Shown here piece after piece: positions 10,451 through 19,501 of a DNA stretch of 64,000 nt. Numbering within the stretch: the first letter of the stretch is position 1; each line of letters starts with the position of its first letter. Under the pieces are notes generated by a model, which was given only the letters and a program-made list of their open reading frames with translations, did not search any database and was not told the DNA's origin. Made by a program: the position numbers and the translations under genes. Origin of the DNA: Nitrospinaceae bacterium. GTDB lineage: Bacteria > Nitrospinota > Nitrospinia > Nitrospinales > Nitrospinaceae. The stretch covers positions 2,336,001-2,400,000 of the forward strand of contig OZ245011.1 of NCBI GenBank assembly GCA_965223665.1. The letters run 5' to 3'.

Positions 10451-11821
10451 TTATTCTATGATTTCAATCAATTCTTCAGCAGGGTAAGTTAAAATCTCTG
10501 ATAATGTAGGGTGGTAGTGAGGCATGGTTGCAAGGTCTTTTACTGTTCCACGAAAATGCATTACGGCTATTAATTGATGAATTAACTCGGAACCTTCCGG
10601 CCCAACAATATGACCTCCAATAATTTCTCCCGAATTGGGTTTGCAAAGTATTTTAACGATCCCATGAGTTTCTCCCATACAAAGGGATTTTCCATGATCG
10701 TTAAAAGGATAAGACGCCACGTGATAATCTACGCCTCCTTCTCGACATTCTTTTTCACTCAATCCTACACTGGCGACTTGTGGATCAGAAAATACAATAG
10801 TGGTTTTTAAACGGTCATCTGTTTTTCTCAATTGCTCAGGAAAAACTGCGTTGTGTCCTGCGATTTCTCCTTGCTCAATTGCAGTATGCACAACTTCATG
10901 CAATCGATTAACATCTCCAACTGCAAATATATGTGGTTGTTTGGTCCTCAATTCATTATCTACCTTTACCGCTTTGTTACTAATCTCAACTCCTGCCAAA
11001 TGTATATTTAGATCATCTATGTTGGGTCTTCGGCCTAAAGCATTCAAAATTTCCTTAGCCTGGACAACTTTTTCCTCATTTTCATGATTGAAACGGACAA
11101 TTTTTTGAGAATCATCCGAGCAAACTTCAAGCAATTTTGTCCCAGTATATAAATGCATACCTTCTTCCTGTAATCTTGCTTCCAGTGGTCTGGCAATATC
11201 CTCATCAAACGAAGATAAAATATGGGAACTTCTTTGAACTAGAGTGACCCGAGTTCCACATCTTTGATAAAACTGAGCCAACTCAACGGCAACGGCCCCC
11301 GCACCCAAAACTATTAAACTCTCAGGTAAGTCCCTCAATTGCAGAACATCATCACTGGTAATATAACCGGTTTCTTTCAACCCTGGGACGGGAAGATAAT
11401 CTACAATGGACCCTGTGGCAATAATAAAGGAATTAGCCGTATAGGTTTGTCCTTCCGCTCGAACTTCAGTAGGAGACAGGAATTGTGCGGATTTTTGGAT
11501 TAGGGTAAATCGCGGATTTTTCAGCTGATCAATTCTATAATCGGCGAATTCCTGGATTAATTTATTTTTTCGATCCAGGATAGCGGCCAGGTTGGCCTTT
11601 ACTTTAACGGGTTCAATCCCAAACTCTTTTGCACGTCTCATAAGTGCCATGATGTCAGAAGATCGTAGAATGGTTTTAGTTGGCATGCATCCCCGTAAAA
11701 TGCATAAACCTCCTAAAGGTCCCGGATCAAAAATGGCAACTTGAGCGCCTGATTTTTGCGCAGTATCTGCAGCAGCATAACCCGCGGAACCTCCGCCCAA
11801 GACAATGACATCAAATTTCAT
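10451..11821 (-). CDS. Pyridine nucleotide-disulfide oxidoreductase (dihydrolipoamide dehydrogenase/MerA family)
   Basis: GGGSAG FAD motif, GGLCILRGCMPTK redox disulfide, C-terminal HPTLSE; no MerA C-terminal Cys-Cys. Confidence 0.9.
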   Translation of the reverse strand: MKFDVIVLGGGSAGYAAADTAQKSGAQVAIFDPGPLGGLCILRGCMPTKTILRSSDIMALMRRAKEFGIEPVKVKANLAAILDRKNKLIQEFADYRIDQLKNPRFTLIQKSAQFLSPTEVRAEGQTYTANSFIIATGSIVDYLPVPGLKETGYITSDDVLQLRDLPESLIVLGAGAVAVELAQFYQRCGTRVTLVQRSSHILSSFDEDIARPLEARLQEEGMHLYTGTKLLEVCSDDSQKIVRFNHENEEKVVQAKEILNALGRRPNIDDLNIHLAGVEISNKAVKVDNELRTKQPHIFAVGDVNRLHEVVHTAIEQGEIAGHNAVFPEQLRKTDDRLKTTIVFSDPQVASVGLSEKECREGGVDYHVASYPFNDHGKSLCMGETHGIVKILCKPNSGEIIGGHIVGPEGSELIHQLIAVMHFRGTVKDLATMPHYHPTLSEILTYPAEELIEIIE

Positions 11822-11855
11822 TAATTAAAGATAAGAAAGATTTTAACAAAATCAA

Positions 11856-12389
11856 TTAAGCAACTTCGGGAAAGTCCTCACGCGTTAAGCGAAATTCTGC
11901 ATAACATTCTTTTAATAAGCTTTCAGCAGTTTCAGCCATGAGATAATCCCCTTGATCCTTAAATAACTTCTCTGCAATCAAAAGGTGCTTTATTGCCTCC
12001 CGGCCCTGCTTTACAGAATAATGAACAGTCGCCAGATTACTATGAGCTTTGGCAAACTCAGGATTTAAGCGTATGGCCTCACCATAATGATGAACGGAAT
12101 CCTCTATTAATCCTAATAGATTATTAATTACGGCCAAACTGTAATGAGCAATAGGGTCCTCCTTCTTCAAAGCCACCGCTTTTTCAAAACATTCTTTCGC
12201 TTTTACATTTTTTGGGATTTTCCCATAGCGAATACCCATATTGAACCATGCTCGAAAGTGATTTGGGTCTAAATCGACGGCTTTTTGATAAGCCTCAATA
12301 GCGCCTTCCGTATTACCTTGTCGCCCGCACTCTAGTCCTTGTTTAAACCAATAATCAGCGGTCTTCTCAGAATCGGATTCTGCGGTCAT
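11856..12389 (-). CDS. TPR-repeat protein
   Basis: Repeated A..Y.KA..L.P and AHSNLA TPR patterns. Confidence 0.9.
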   Translation of the reverse strand: MTAESDSEKTADYWFKQGLECGRQGNTEGAIEAYQKAVDLDPNHFRAWFNMGIRYGKIPKNVKAKECFEKAVALKKEDPIAHYSLAVINNLLGLIEDSVHHYGEAIRLNPEFAKAHSNLATVHYSVKQGREAIKHLLIAEKLFKDQGDYLMAETAESLLKECYAEFRLTREDFPEVA

Positions 12390-12604
12390 ATTTCATTCCT
12401 TAAAATATTGGGTTTTAAATGTGGTTGGGTTTTTCTCAGGCCCTATGCTACCTATATACCCAGATAATTTCAACCCAATAGGCTTAAAATCTTATTTATC
12501 CACTAAGTAAAAATGGCTAAACCCTTGACCTAATGGGAAAATTGTTTTTTAATACATCCTTCTTTGCATTACCTTTTAAATATTGATTAAGGATATTACC
12601 CATT

Positions 12605-12877
12605 ATGGCCATTGAACCCGGTTCCGATGAAGAACGCCTGGTATTAGCGCGTTGGATCAAAAAAGCTGAAAACCTTATAGTTGCCTCCTCCGCATTGGGA
12701 GAATCTTATTTAGATCCAAACATTAAACGCGAACCCGAAGTTCAGCAAAAAACTGAAGAATATGTAAAATTTGATCATGATGTTGCAGAGCAGTTACCAC
12801 ACCTCAAGGGAAGATTTCGTTGGGATTTGGAAAAATATTACAGGGATAATTTTGGCCCCTATTTACCTAAGGAATAA
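12605..12877 (+). CDS. Hypothetical protein
   Basis: 90 aa ORF with AAGGA RBS and native-looking composition. Confidence 0.75.
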   Translation: MAIEPGSDEERLVLARWIKKAENLIVASSALGESYLDPNIKREPEVQQKTEEYVKFDHDVAEQLPHLKGRFRWDLEKYYRDNFGPYLPKE

Positions 12878-12891
12878 ACAAACTCTAAACC

Positions 12892-13215
12892 ATGTCTGAT
12901 GTAAAAATCGCAGAACTTGCAGATGCCCCCGCCGAAGGGCAACCCAAGCGAATCGAATTCGACCACCCCTTTACGGAAATTCGTTATGAATTAGCCCTGT
13001 ATTTTGCAAAGGAGCGATATTTTGTGATTAGAGATGATTGCAAAAAATGCGGTAGCAGTCTGGCCCAAGGTAAGGTAAATGGCATGTATGGAATTTGCTC
13101 TCGGGGAGAACATCCCTGGAATTTTAAAACGGGACTGTATAAATTTGACCGCCGGCTATCACTTCCCACCTACCGTGTGATTGTCCGCGATGATGGACTT
13201 TATATAGAAATTTAA
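12892..13215 (+). CDS. Rieske-type ferredoxin-like protein with atypical ligands
   Basis: Aligns by eye to NirD/Rieske ferredoxins (C..CGSSLAQG...C...WNFKTG...LPTYRVIVRDDGLYIEI). Confidence 0.7.
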   Translation: MSDVKIAELADAPAEGQPKRIEFDHPFTEIRYELALYFAKERYFVIRDDCKKCGSSLAQGKVNGMYGICSRGEHPWNFKTGLYKFDRRLSLPTYRVIVRDDGLYIEI

Positions 13216-13334
13216 AACATTTTAATCCAATTACAAAAACGTCCCCTTATTTTTTTCGAAACCTAACTAATCCATTTATATTCTGAGACAAAACTTAATT
13301 AGCTCTTTTTTATTTTACTCCTTATACTAAAAAT

Positions 13335-14645
13335 ATGGAGCCTGGAAAGAGTTGGCCGAAATCTCAAATCGCAATAAAAATTGCAAAAACAATAGGTTTG
13401 TTCTTAATCGGTTATGGAATCTACAATCTCTATCTTGAAATCCAAACTTTTCCCCAAACAGAAGTCAAATCTTTCACTGATTTATCTAATAAAATACCCT
13501 CTGCATTTTGGATAAACTGTTTTATTTTTGTGATGTTTGCCGGGAGTGGTTTTGGACTGTTTCTTAAAAAATGCTGGGGAAGGTATTGTTCCATATTTAT
13601 TATATTTTTTAATCTATTAATTCCATTATTTTTTGTGTTACTCGTTTGGGGATGGAATTTTATTTCTTTTAATTGGGAAGTAATCATTATTTCTCTAATT
13701 TTTATATTGATTTTTAATTGGAGCCCCATTCGGAATTTATTTCCATATAAATATGGTTGGAAATCCATTTCCATAATTTTTGGAGTGATCTTGATTATCC
13801 ATGTTGGAGGATTTGTTTTTTATAGAACGAAAATTCCAGAAGATGAAAAAATAACTTTTTTAAACCTAACTTCTCAAAATCTATCTTCTAGAGCCCCTAA
13901 TTCTCTTTATTATCCTGAAATTTTATTAGACTTCACCCTAGGCCTCCCTGAAAATGCTCAAATTTTTTATATTGGACATGGAAATAATTATAAAAATTAT
14001 AATTTTAGATTTGAGTTAGAAAAGAACTTATGCTTATTAAGTTTATCCAACCAACTTTTTTATCAAACAGTATTTAAAAATATAAAGGTTCCTGGTCACT
14101 TTGAAAATGAATACGATGTGGCAAGAGCCGTACTATCAAGTCAATATGGGGCTTTCCCCATCCTAATGCGTAAATTTCTCAAAGGTTTAACTACCGAAGA
14201 GTTAGCGCTTGATTCTCTAAATGTTTTTTTGTTAAGGAATAAACAAGAGTTTTACTCTTACTATTTTGTGGCTTTTTATAACAAAAACTTCTTAGGCGAA
14301 GGAGATATGATTTGTTCGAAAAAAACTAAAATACCAATAAGTTTTTTTTCCAGTATCCGGCCAGACAAATTTCCGCAAAAAAATTCTGAAAATTTTGTAA
14401 ATGATGGAATTAAATTATCTCAAAATAAGAGATTTAAGGAAGCCTCTATTGCCTTTGGAAACGCCATCTACCTCCACCCTGACAATTCTTACAATAATTT
14501 CTTACTTGCTCAAAATCAATTTAAAGCAGGCGATTTGAAAGGTGCCGAGTGGAATTTAGTGAAAGCTAAAAGGCTGGATCCCAACTTAACGGAGGCCAAG
14601 GTTTTATTAGGTGAAGTTCAAAAACAATTGGGCCAAAATAAATAG
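13335..14645 (+). CDS. Membrane protein with C-terminal TPR
   Basis: About 5 N-terminal TM segments; TPR-like C-terminus (AIYLHPDN, AKRLDPNLTEAKVLLG). Confidence 0.75.
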   Translation: MEPGKSWPKSQIAIKIAKTIGLFLIGYGIYNLYLEIQTFPQTEVKSFTDLSNKIPSAFWINCFIFVMFAGSGFGLFLKKCWGRYCSIFIIFFNLLIPLFFVLLVWGWNFISFNWEVIIISLIFILIFNWSPIRNLFPYKYGWKSISIIFGVILIIHVGGFVFYRTKIPEDEKITFLNLTSQNLSSRAPNSLYYPEILLDFTLGLPENAQIFYIGHGNNYKNYNFRFELEKNLCLLSLSNQLFYQTVFKNIKVPGHFENEYDVARAVLSSQYGAFPILMRKFLKGLTTEELALDSLNVFLLRNKQEFYSYYFVAFYNKNFLGEGDMICSKKTKIPISFFSSIRPDKFPQKNSENFVNDGIKLSQNKRFKEASIAFGNAIYLHPDNSYNNFLLAQNQFKAGDLKGAEWNLVKAKRLDPNLTEAKVLLGEVQKQLGQNK

Positions 14646-14663
14646 CAAGAACCTTTATTTAAG

Positions 14664-16103
14664 CTACCTTCTCCAATTATTAAATTTTTGAACCCACTTC
14701 AAGATTCCTTCGGGTGCATTGGCTTTTTTCCAAATACCGGCTGCATATTTATTTGCTTCTGCCATGGTCGGGTAAATATGAATTGTTCCTAAAATTTTAT
14801 TGAGTCCTAAACCATGTTTCATCGCCAATACATATTCTGCAATCAAATCTCCCGCATGATAGCCAACAATAGTGACCCCTAAAATTTTATCACTGCCAGG
14901 AGGAGTAAGTACTTTGACAAACCCATGATCTTCACTGTCGGCAATTGCCCGATCCAAATCATCTATCCCATAAATAGAAACTTCGTGAGGAATGTTTCTT
15001 TCTTTAGCCTCGGTTTCGTTTAACCCTACTCTTGCCACTTCCGGATCTGTAAACGTACACCATGGGATAACACTGTAGTCTACCTTGAATTTTTTAAGTG
15101 GACTGAACAATGAGTTCACTGCACAATACCAAGCCTGATGAGCAGCCGTATGCGTAAACTGGAAAGGTCCGGCAACATCCCCACACGCATAAATATTTTT
15201 ATGAGTGGTTGTTCGTAAATATTTATCCACCTCAATGGTTCCACGAGGCCCTAATTTCACACCTATTTCTTCTAAACCAAAACCTTTTGCATTAGCGGAA
15301 CGACCCAAAGCAATTAAAATTTCGTCAAATGGAATTTTTTCTCGTTCCTCCCCTTTTTTAACCACTAAAAATTTTTGCCCGTTTTCCACTAAAACCTCTT
15401 CAGCTGTAGAACCCACACGAACATCAATTCCATCTTTTACAAATTGACCCTGAAGCATTCGACCAATTTCAGGATCTTCCCGGGACAAAATTCCTTGAGA
15501 CCTTTCCACCTGGATAACCTGAGTTCCAATCCTTCCAAAACATTGTGACAACTCAGATCCAATCGGCCCACCCCCTGCAATAACCAGTCGTTTCGGTAGT
15601 TCACGCAATGACCAAATAGTGTCAGTCGTATAATATTTAATCTTATCCAGACCCGGAATAGGAGGAACGGCGGGACGAGCACCGGTAGCAATTATAATAT
15701 TTTGTGTGGTCAGTATCTTGCCATTGATTTCTACTTCATGAGGAGATATGACTCTTGCAGCGCCTTCATAACAATCGACACCTAACTTTGTATATCGTTC
15801 AATACTATCGTGCGGTTCAACTTTTTTAATGACCCCCTGAACTCGCTCCATCACTTCTTTAAAGTCGAACTCTGAGGACGCATGTTTTAAACCAAAATCA
15901 CGATGCCTTTTTATATAGGAAAGAACTTTTGCACTCCGTATAAGCGCTTTACTAGGAACACATCCCGTATTTAGGCAATCTCCACCCATTTTATGCTTTT
16001 CAATGAGCGCAACTTTTGCCTTTAATACCGATCCAATATAGGACGAGACTAAACCCGCTGACCCCGCGCCAATAACAATTATATTATAGTCCTTCTTAGC
16101 CAT
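14664..16103 (-). CDS. FAD-dependent disulfide oxidoreductase (MerA/LpdA-like)
   Basis: GAGSAG, MGGDCLNTGCVPSKAL, GGGPIG, HIYPTMAE; GGAGGG RBS. Confidence 0.9.
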   Translation of the reverse strand: MAKKDYNIIVIGAGSAGLVSSYIGSVLKAKVALIEKHKMGGDCLNTGCVPSKALIRSAKVLSYIKRHRDFGLKHASSEFDFKEVMERVQGVIKKVEPHDSIERYTKLGVDCYEGAARVISPHEVEINGKILTTQNIIIATGARPAVPPIPGLDKIKYYTTDTIWSLRELPKRLVIAGGGPIGSELSQCFGRIGTQVIQVERSQGILSREDPEIGRMLQGQFVKDGIDVRVGSTAEEVLVENGQKFLVVKKGEEREKIPFDEILIALGRSANAKGFGLEEIGVKLGPRGTIEVDKYLRTTTHKNIYACGDVAGPFQFTHTAAHQAWYCAVNSLFSPLKKFKVDYSVIPWCTFTDPEVARVGLNETEAKERNIPHEVSIYGIDDLDRAIADSEDHGFVKVLTPPGSDKILGVTIVGYHAGDLIAEYVLAMKHGLGLNKILGTIHIYPTMAEANKYAAGIWKKANAPEGILKWVQKFNNWRR

Positions 16104-16302
16104 AACCCCTCCATAGTGCTCAACGAACGAATTTATTCAATTGTTGCACATAAGTCGAACTTTCGAAAGGAACCTTACACTAATCAAAGTTATCTGAATA
16201 AAGAATAGTTTTAACTGGAATTAAAGAAAGACAAACTTGGGGCAGGAAGCTGGAAATAGAAATTTAAATTTGGCTAATTTTGGATTTATTGCCAGGTGAA
16301 CG

Positions 16303-17154
16303 TCAGGTATTAATATTTAAAATTCGACCCACACTACTTTCATTTTGTCTGGCTTGAATGCCTAAGACGCGAATGGAAGACTCTAATTGAACAAGTGAGC
16401 TATTTAGGTCTGAAACTGTTTTCGCAAAATCAGTTCCTGCAATTTGTTCTTGGGATGCAGATAGATTCACTATTGAGTTTTTTAAAGTTTCAGCTGTTAT
16501 GGATAAACGATTAGAAACAGCTCCCACTTCCCCGCGGGTGTTGATTACGGTTTGTTGCGCTTGCTCCAGAGGTTGGAAGGCATTTAAAGCACCAGAAACA
16601 GTTGAAATATCTAAACCATTTACACCTAAAGACGATGTCGAAGTATTCTCTATTACATTTAGATTGATTTGGTTTTCGGGTCCACTTCCAGTTCCGGATT
16701 GAATATTGATTTGATTGGAAGATGAGGGACTTAGGTTACCATCCAAGATAGGCTGACCGTTGAATTCCTGCGTTTGAGAAACTCGATCAATTTCGGTAAG
16801 AATTTGTTGGAATTCCTCATTAAGAGTTTGTCGCTCCGCATCTCCAAGTGTTCCATTGGAAGCTTGTAAAGACAGTTCTCTTCCTCTGGCGATCAGGTCT
16901 GATACATTAGATAATCCTCCCTCAGCCACACGAATAAAGTTTGCTCCCGTTTCAACGTTTTTCACTGATTGCGAAATTGCAGCAATTTCTGATTTTAGCT
17001 GCTCGGAAATTGCCAGACCGGCTGCATCGACTCCTGCCTTGACTAAACGTGTTCCAGAGGCAATCTGGGATAATTTTGTACCGACGTTTGCTCTATTTTT
17101 GGTTATTAAATTGAGAAGTCTATTGGTATTCCCCGGATCAAATGAGATTGGCAT
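16303..17154 (-). CDS. Flagellin-family protein (short, atypical termini)
   Basis: ASGTRLVKAGVDAAGLAISE, QASNGT...ER..LNEEFQQILTEIDRV...FNG, RGEVGAVSNRL. Start moved to the ATG at 17154 behind a GGAGG RBS. Confidence 0.88.
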   Translation of the reverse strand: MPISFDPGNTNRLLNLITKNRANVGTKLSQIASGTRLVKAGVDAAGLAISEQLKSEIAAISQSVKNVETGANFIRVAEGGLSNVSDLIARGRELSLQASNGTLGDAERQTLNEEFQQILTEIDRVSQTQEFNGQPILDGNLSPSSSNQINIQSGTGSGPENQINLNVIENTSTSSLGVNGLDISTVSGALNAFQPLEQAQQTVINTRGEVGAVSNRLSITAETLKNSIVNLSASQEQIAGTDFAKTVSDLNSSLVQLESSIRVLGIQARQNESSVGRILNINT

Positions 17155-17334
17155 GTTTCCATCCTCCACCAATGAAGATTTGAAATCTATTTTCAAGGTA
17201 AGGGTATTATGGAAAACTGTCAAATTTCCGATAGGGTATCATTAGAATATTTATCAATGGTTCTTATTTGAAATATTTTTTCAGTACCCCTATTATAAGT
17301 TTAGAACCTGAAAACTGCTGAGTTACAAAATCAA

Positions 17335-17952
17335 ATGAAAATTACAATTAACGGAAAAGAAGAGTCTACCCAATACAACCACTCTCAATTAGGCAACCTG
17401 CTTGATCAAATCACTGCTGAAAACAATGAAGAAGGTCATTATTTATTAAAAGTTTATGTCGATGGTCAAGAGGTAGATTTTGAATCTCCCAAGGCAAGAG
17501 AAATAGCCTTAGATGCTGTGGAAAGTTTGAATATTGAATATGGGACTTTAGACAGCATAGTTGAGAGAAATATTGATAACGCAGAGGCTTACTTAGAAAA
17601 ATTTGTTCCAGGGCTTGAAAAGGCGTCTGATCTTTACCGAACCGGGAATTCACAAGAAGCCAGCAAGTTTTTCTTAAACATCATTGATGGTATAGATTGG
17701 CTTTCCATGGTCATTGATTCCGTAATTGAGGCCAAAAGATTAGACATCCACAAAAAAGCCTATACCAATCAAAGCCTGCAAGAACGCAAGGAACAATTAC
17801 TTCAATTAACCAACCAGGCCCTGGAAGCCAATAAAAATAAAGATTGGGTATTGTTAGCCGATTTACTTGAATATGAAATTTTGCCCTTTTATCAAAATTG
17901 GGCCGAGATTCTACCCGAAATTAAAAACGAAAAAACAAATTCTGTCCATTAA
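17335..17952 (+). CDS. Hypothetical protein (flagellar-cluster associated)
   Basis: 205 aa acidic ORF ending DWVLLADLLEYEILP; lies within the flagellar gene cluster. Confidence 0.75.
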   Translation: MKITINGKEESTQYNHSQLGNLLDQITAENNEEGHYLLKVYVDGQEVDFESPKAREIALDAVESLNIEYGTLDSIVERNIDNAEAYLEKFVPGLEKASDLYRTGNSQEASKFFLNIIDGIDWLSMVIDSVIEAKRLDIHKKAYTNQSLQERKEQLLQLTNQALEANKNKDWVLLADLLEYEILPFYQNWAEILPEIKNEKTNSVH

Positions 17953-18056
17953 AATTCCAAAGTTGTGAAACCCATTTCTGCGTAGTTTAAAAGATTTTTT
18001 ATTTTAAACGTTTTCCTTTGAAAAAACGCTCCAAAGATTTTTTTTTATTTTTTTCC

Positions 18057-18083
18057 TAAAGTTTAAATAATTTTTGCCGATAA
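18057..18083 (+). promoter_or_regulatory. Sigma28 (FliA/SigD) promoter
   Basis: TAAA-N15-GCCGATAA, an exact consensus match. Confidence 0.85.
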
Positions 18084-18237
18084 CAAGTTAGGTACTTTTT
18101 ACCTTTTTCTTGTGAAAAAGGAAAATATTCAAAAAGTTTGTTTTTTTGAACTTTTAATAAAAGTTGGCAAGGAAACGCAATTCGTGGATGATTTTATTTT
18201 GGAAAAAATTAGAAAAGATATTTTTTTAGTTAACTTC

Positions 18238-18264
18238 TTATCGGTACAATAAAAGAAGACTTAA
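18238..18264 (-). promoter_or_regulatory. Sigma28-like promoter (antisense to the previous one)
   Basis: Minus strand TTAA-N15-ACCGATAA. Confidence 0.6.
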
Positions 18265-18378
18265 ATTTATATTCTTATTTATCCTAGTTTTTTCCTGATC
18301 TATGAATAAAAAAGTCCTCAAAAAACAATTTAGTAATCATAAGGTATTAAAGCCGAATTTCTCAGGGGAGGAAGGATA

Positions 18379-19104
18379 ATGGCTGAAGTAAACAATAGTG
18401 TTGGATTGAACAACAGGGTTTTGGTTAATCCCAATAACACACAACCTACCCGCGAAAATCAACAAACCAATAGCGAAGACAAAAACAAATTTCAGACTCA
18501 GAATGATCCTGACAAAAATTTTGATAAGGTAAAAACCTCAGGTGTTACGAAGGATTTGGTGGAAAATCAAATTTTACGTCAGAGAGATCCCGTCATTGAA
18601 CCTCCCTCTCAGGACTTAAGAAATTTCAATCCTCAACTGGATGATCAAAGCAGAGTAGAGGCCTTTAATAGACAACAGCAAGGTGCGGTTGAGCAAGGTT
18701 TACAACCCCGGGTAGGGCAAGAAACCTCAATAGATATTTCAAACAATGCTATAGATGAATTTAAAAGGTCTCAAGGAAGCAAATCCCAGGAACCTTCACT
18801 AACACCGCCTCCACAGGGATTAGAAAATAGTTCGAAGGATCTTTCTTCTGCCGAAAATCCTAACAATTCAAACGAATCAGGAGCTCAATTAGATGTCAAC
18901 GTTGAGCAAAAGGCCAATGTCTTGGATCCTCTGGGACAACGCGCAAGAGTGGACGAATTAAAACCCCAAAAAGTGGAATTAAACGAAAATAATTTAAACA
19001 CTGGTGAAGTTACCCGGGAGGAAGAAAAACCCGGTCAAACCACACCCAAAAGCCAAGAGTCAACTCAAACTCAAAGAGGTCAAAATATCGATAAATTAAT
19101 TTAA
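18379..19104 (+). CDS. Disordered N/Q/E-rich hypothetical protein
   Basis: Strong GGGGAGGAAGGA RBS; low complexity; ends QRGQNIDKLI. Confidence 0.8.
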   Translation: MAEVNNSVGLNNRVLVNPNNTQPTRENQQTNSEDKNKFQTQNDPDKNFDKVKTSGVTKDLVENQILRQRDPVIEPPSQDLRNFNPQLDDQSRVEAFNRQQQGAVEQGLQPRVGQETSIDISNNAIDEFKRSQGSKSQEPSLTPPPQGLENSSKDLSSAENPNNSNESGAQLDVNVEQKANVLDPLGQRARVDELKPQKVELNENNLNTGEVTREEEKPGQTTPKSQESTQTQRGQNIDKLI

Positions 19105-19249
19105 TAACTATTCAAAAAATTATTTATTCAGATTTGCTTTTTCTGGTCAAGATATAATTAGGAAGTTTTTTTGGACGGGACAACAGCAAACTGGATTTAA
19201 GAAACACTAAAATTTTATTAACCTGTAGCTGAAAATTTTAGGGAAAGAT

Positions 19250-19420
19250 TAAGACGCGCCAGCGTGTTCCTAACTGGGGAGGAAAGAACACGCCGGCTCC
19301 GGTGCCTCTGCTTGGAACGCTTGAACACCGATCGTCTTTTTTGGCGAATAAAGCAGATGGTTGTTCAGTGGTGACCGGGTCTTTGTGTCACTAAAATACA
19401 GCGGTGAAACACCCGTTCAG
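19250..19420 (-). ncRNA. Candidate sigma28-dependent structured sRNA
   Basis: GC-rich island with four hairpins directly behind the sigma28 motif at 19426-19453. The last hairpin is 12 bp with a UUUCCUCCCC loop. Confidence 0.55.
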
Positions 19421-19425
19421 TGTAA

Positions 19426-19453
19426 CTATCGGAAAGTATTTAGAATTCCTTTA
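19426..19453 (-). promoter_or_regulatory. Sigma28-like promoter
   Basis: Minus strand (C)TAAA-N16-TCCGATAG. Confidence 0.6.
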
Positions 19454-19501
19454 GGAATTATTTTAATTTTTTTCGAAATGTTGCCCTGAGCCGTAACAAC
19501 C

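Noticed and set aside
10451-16103. Mercury resistance (merA) call for the two flavoproteins
   Set aside because: Neither has the C-terminal Cys-Cys pair, and no mer genes are nearby.
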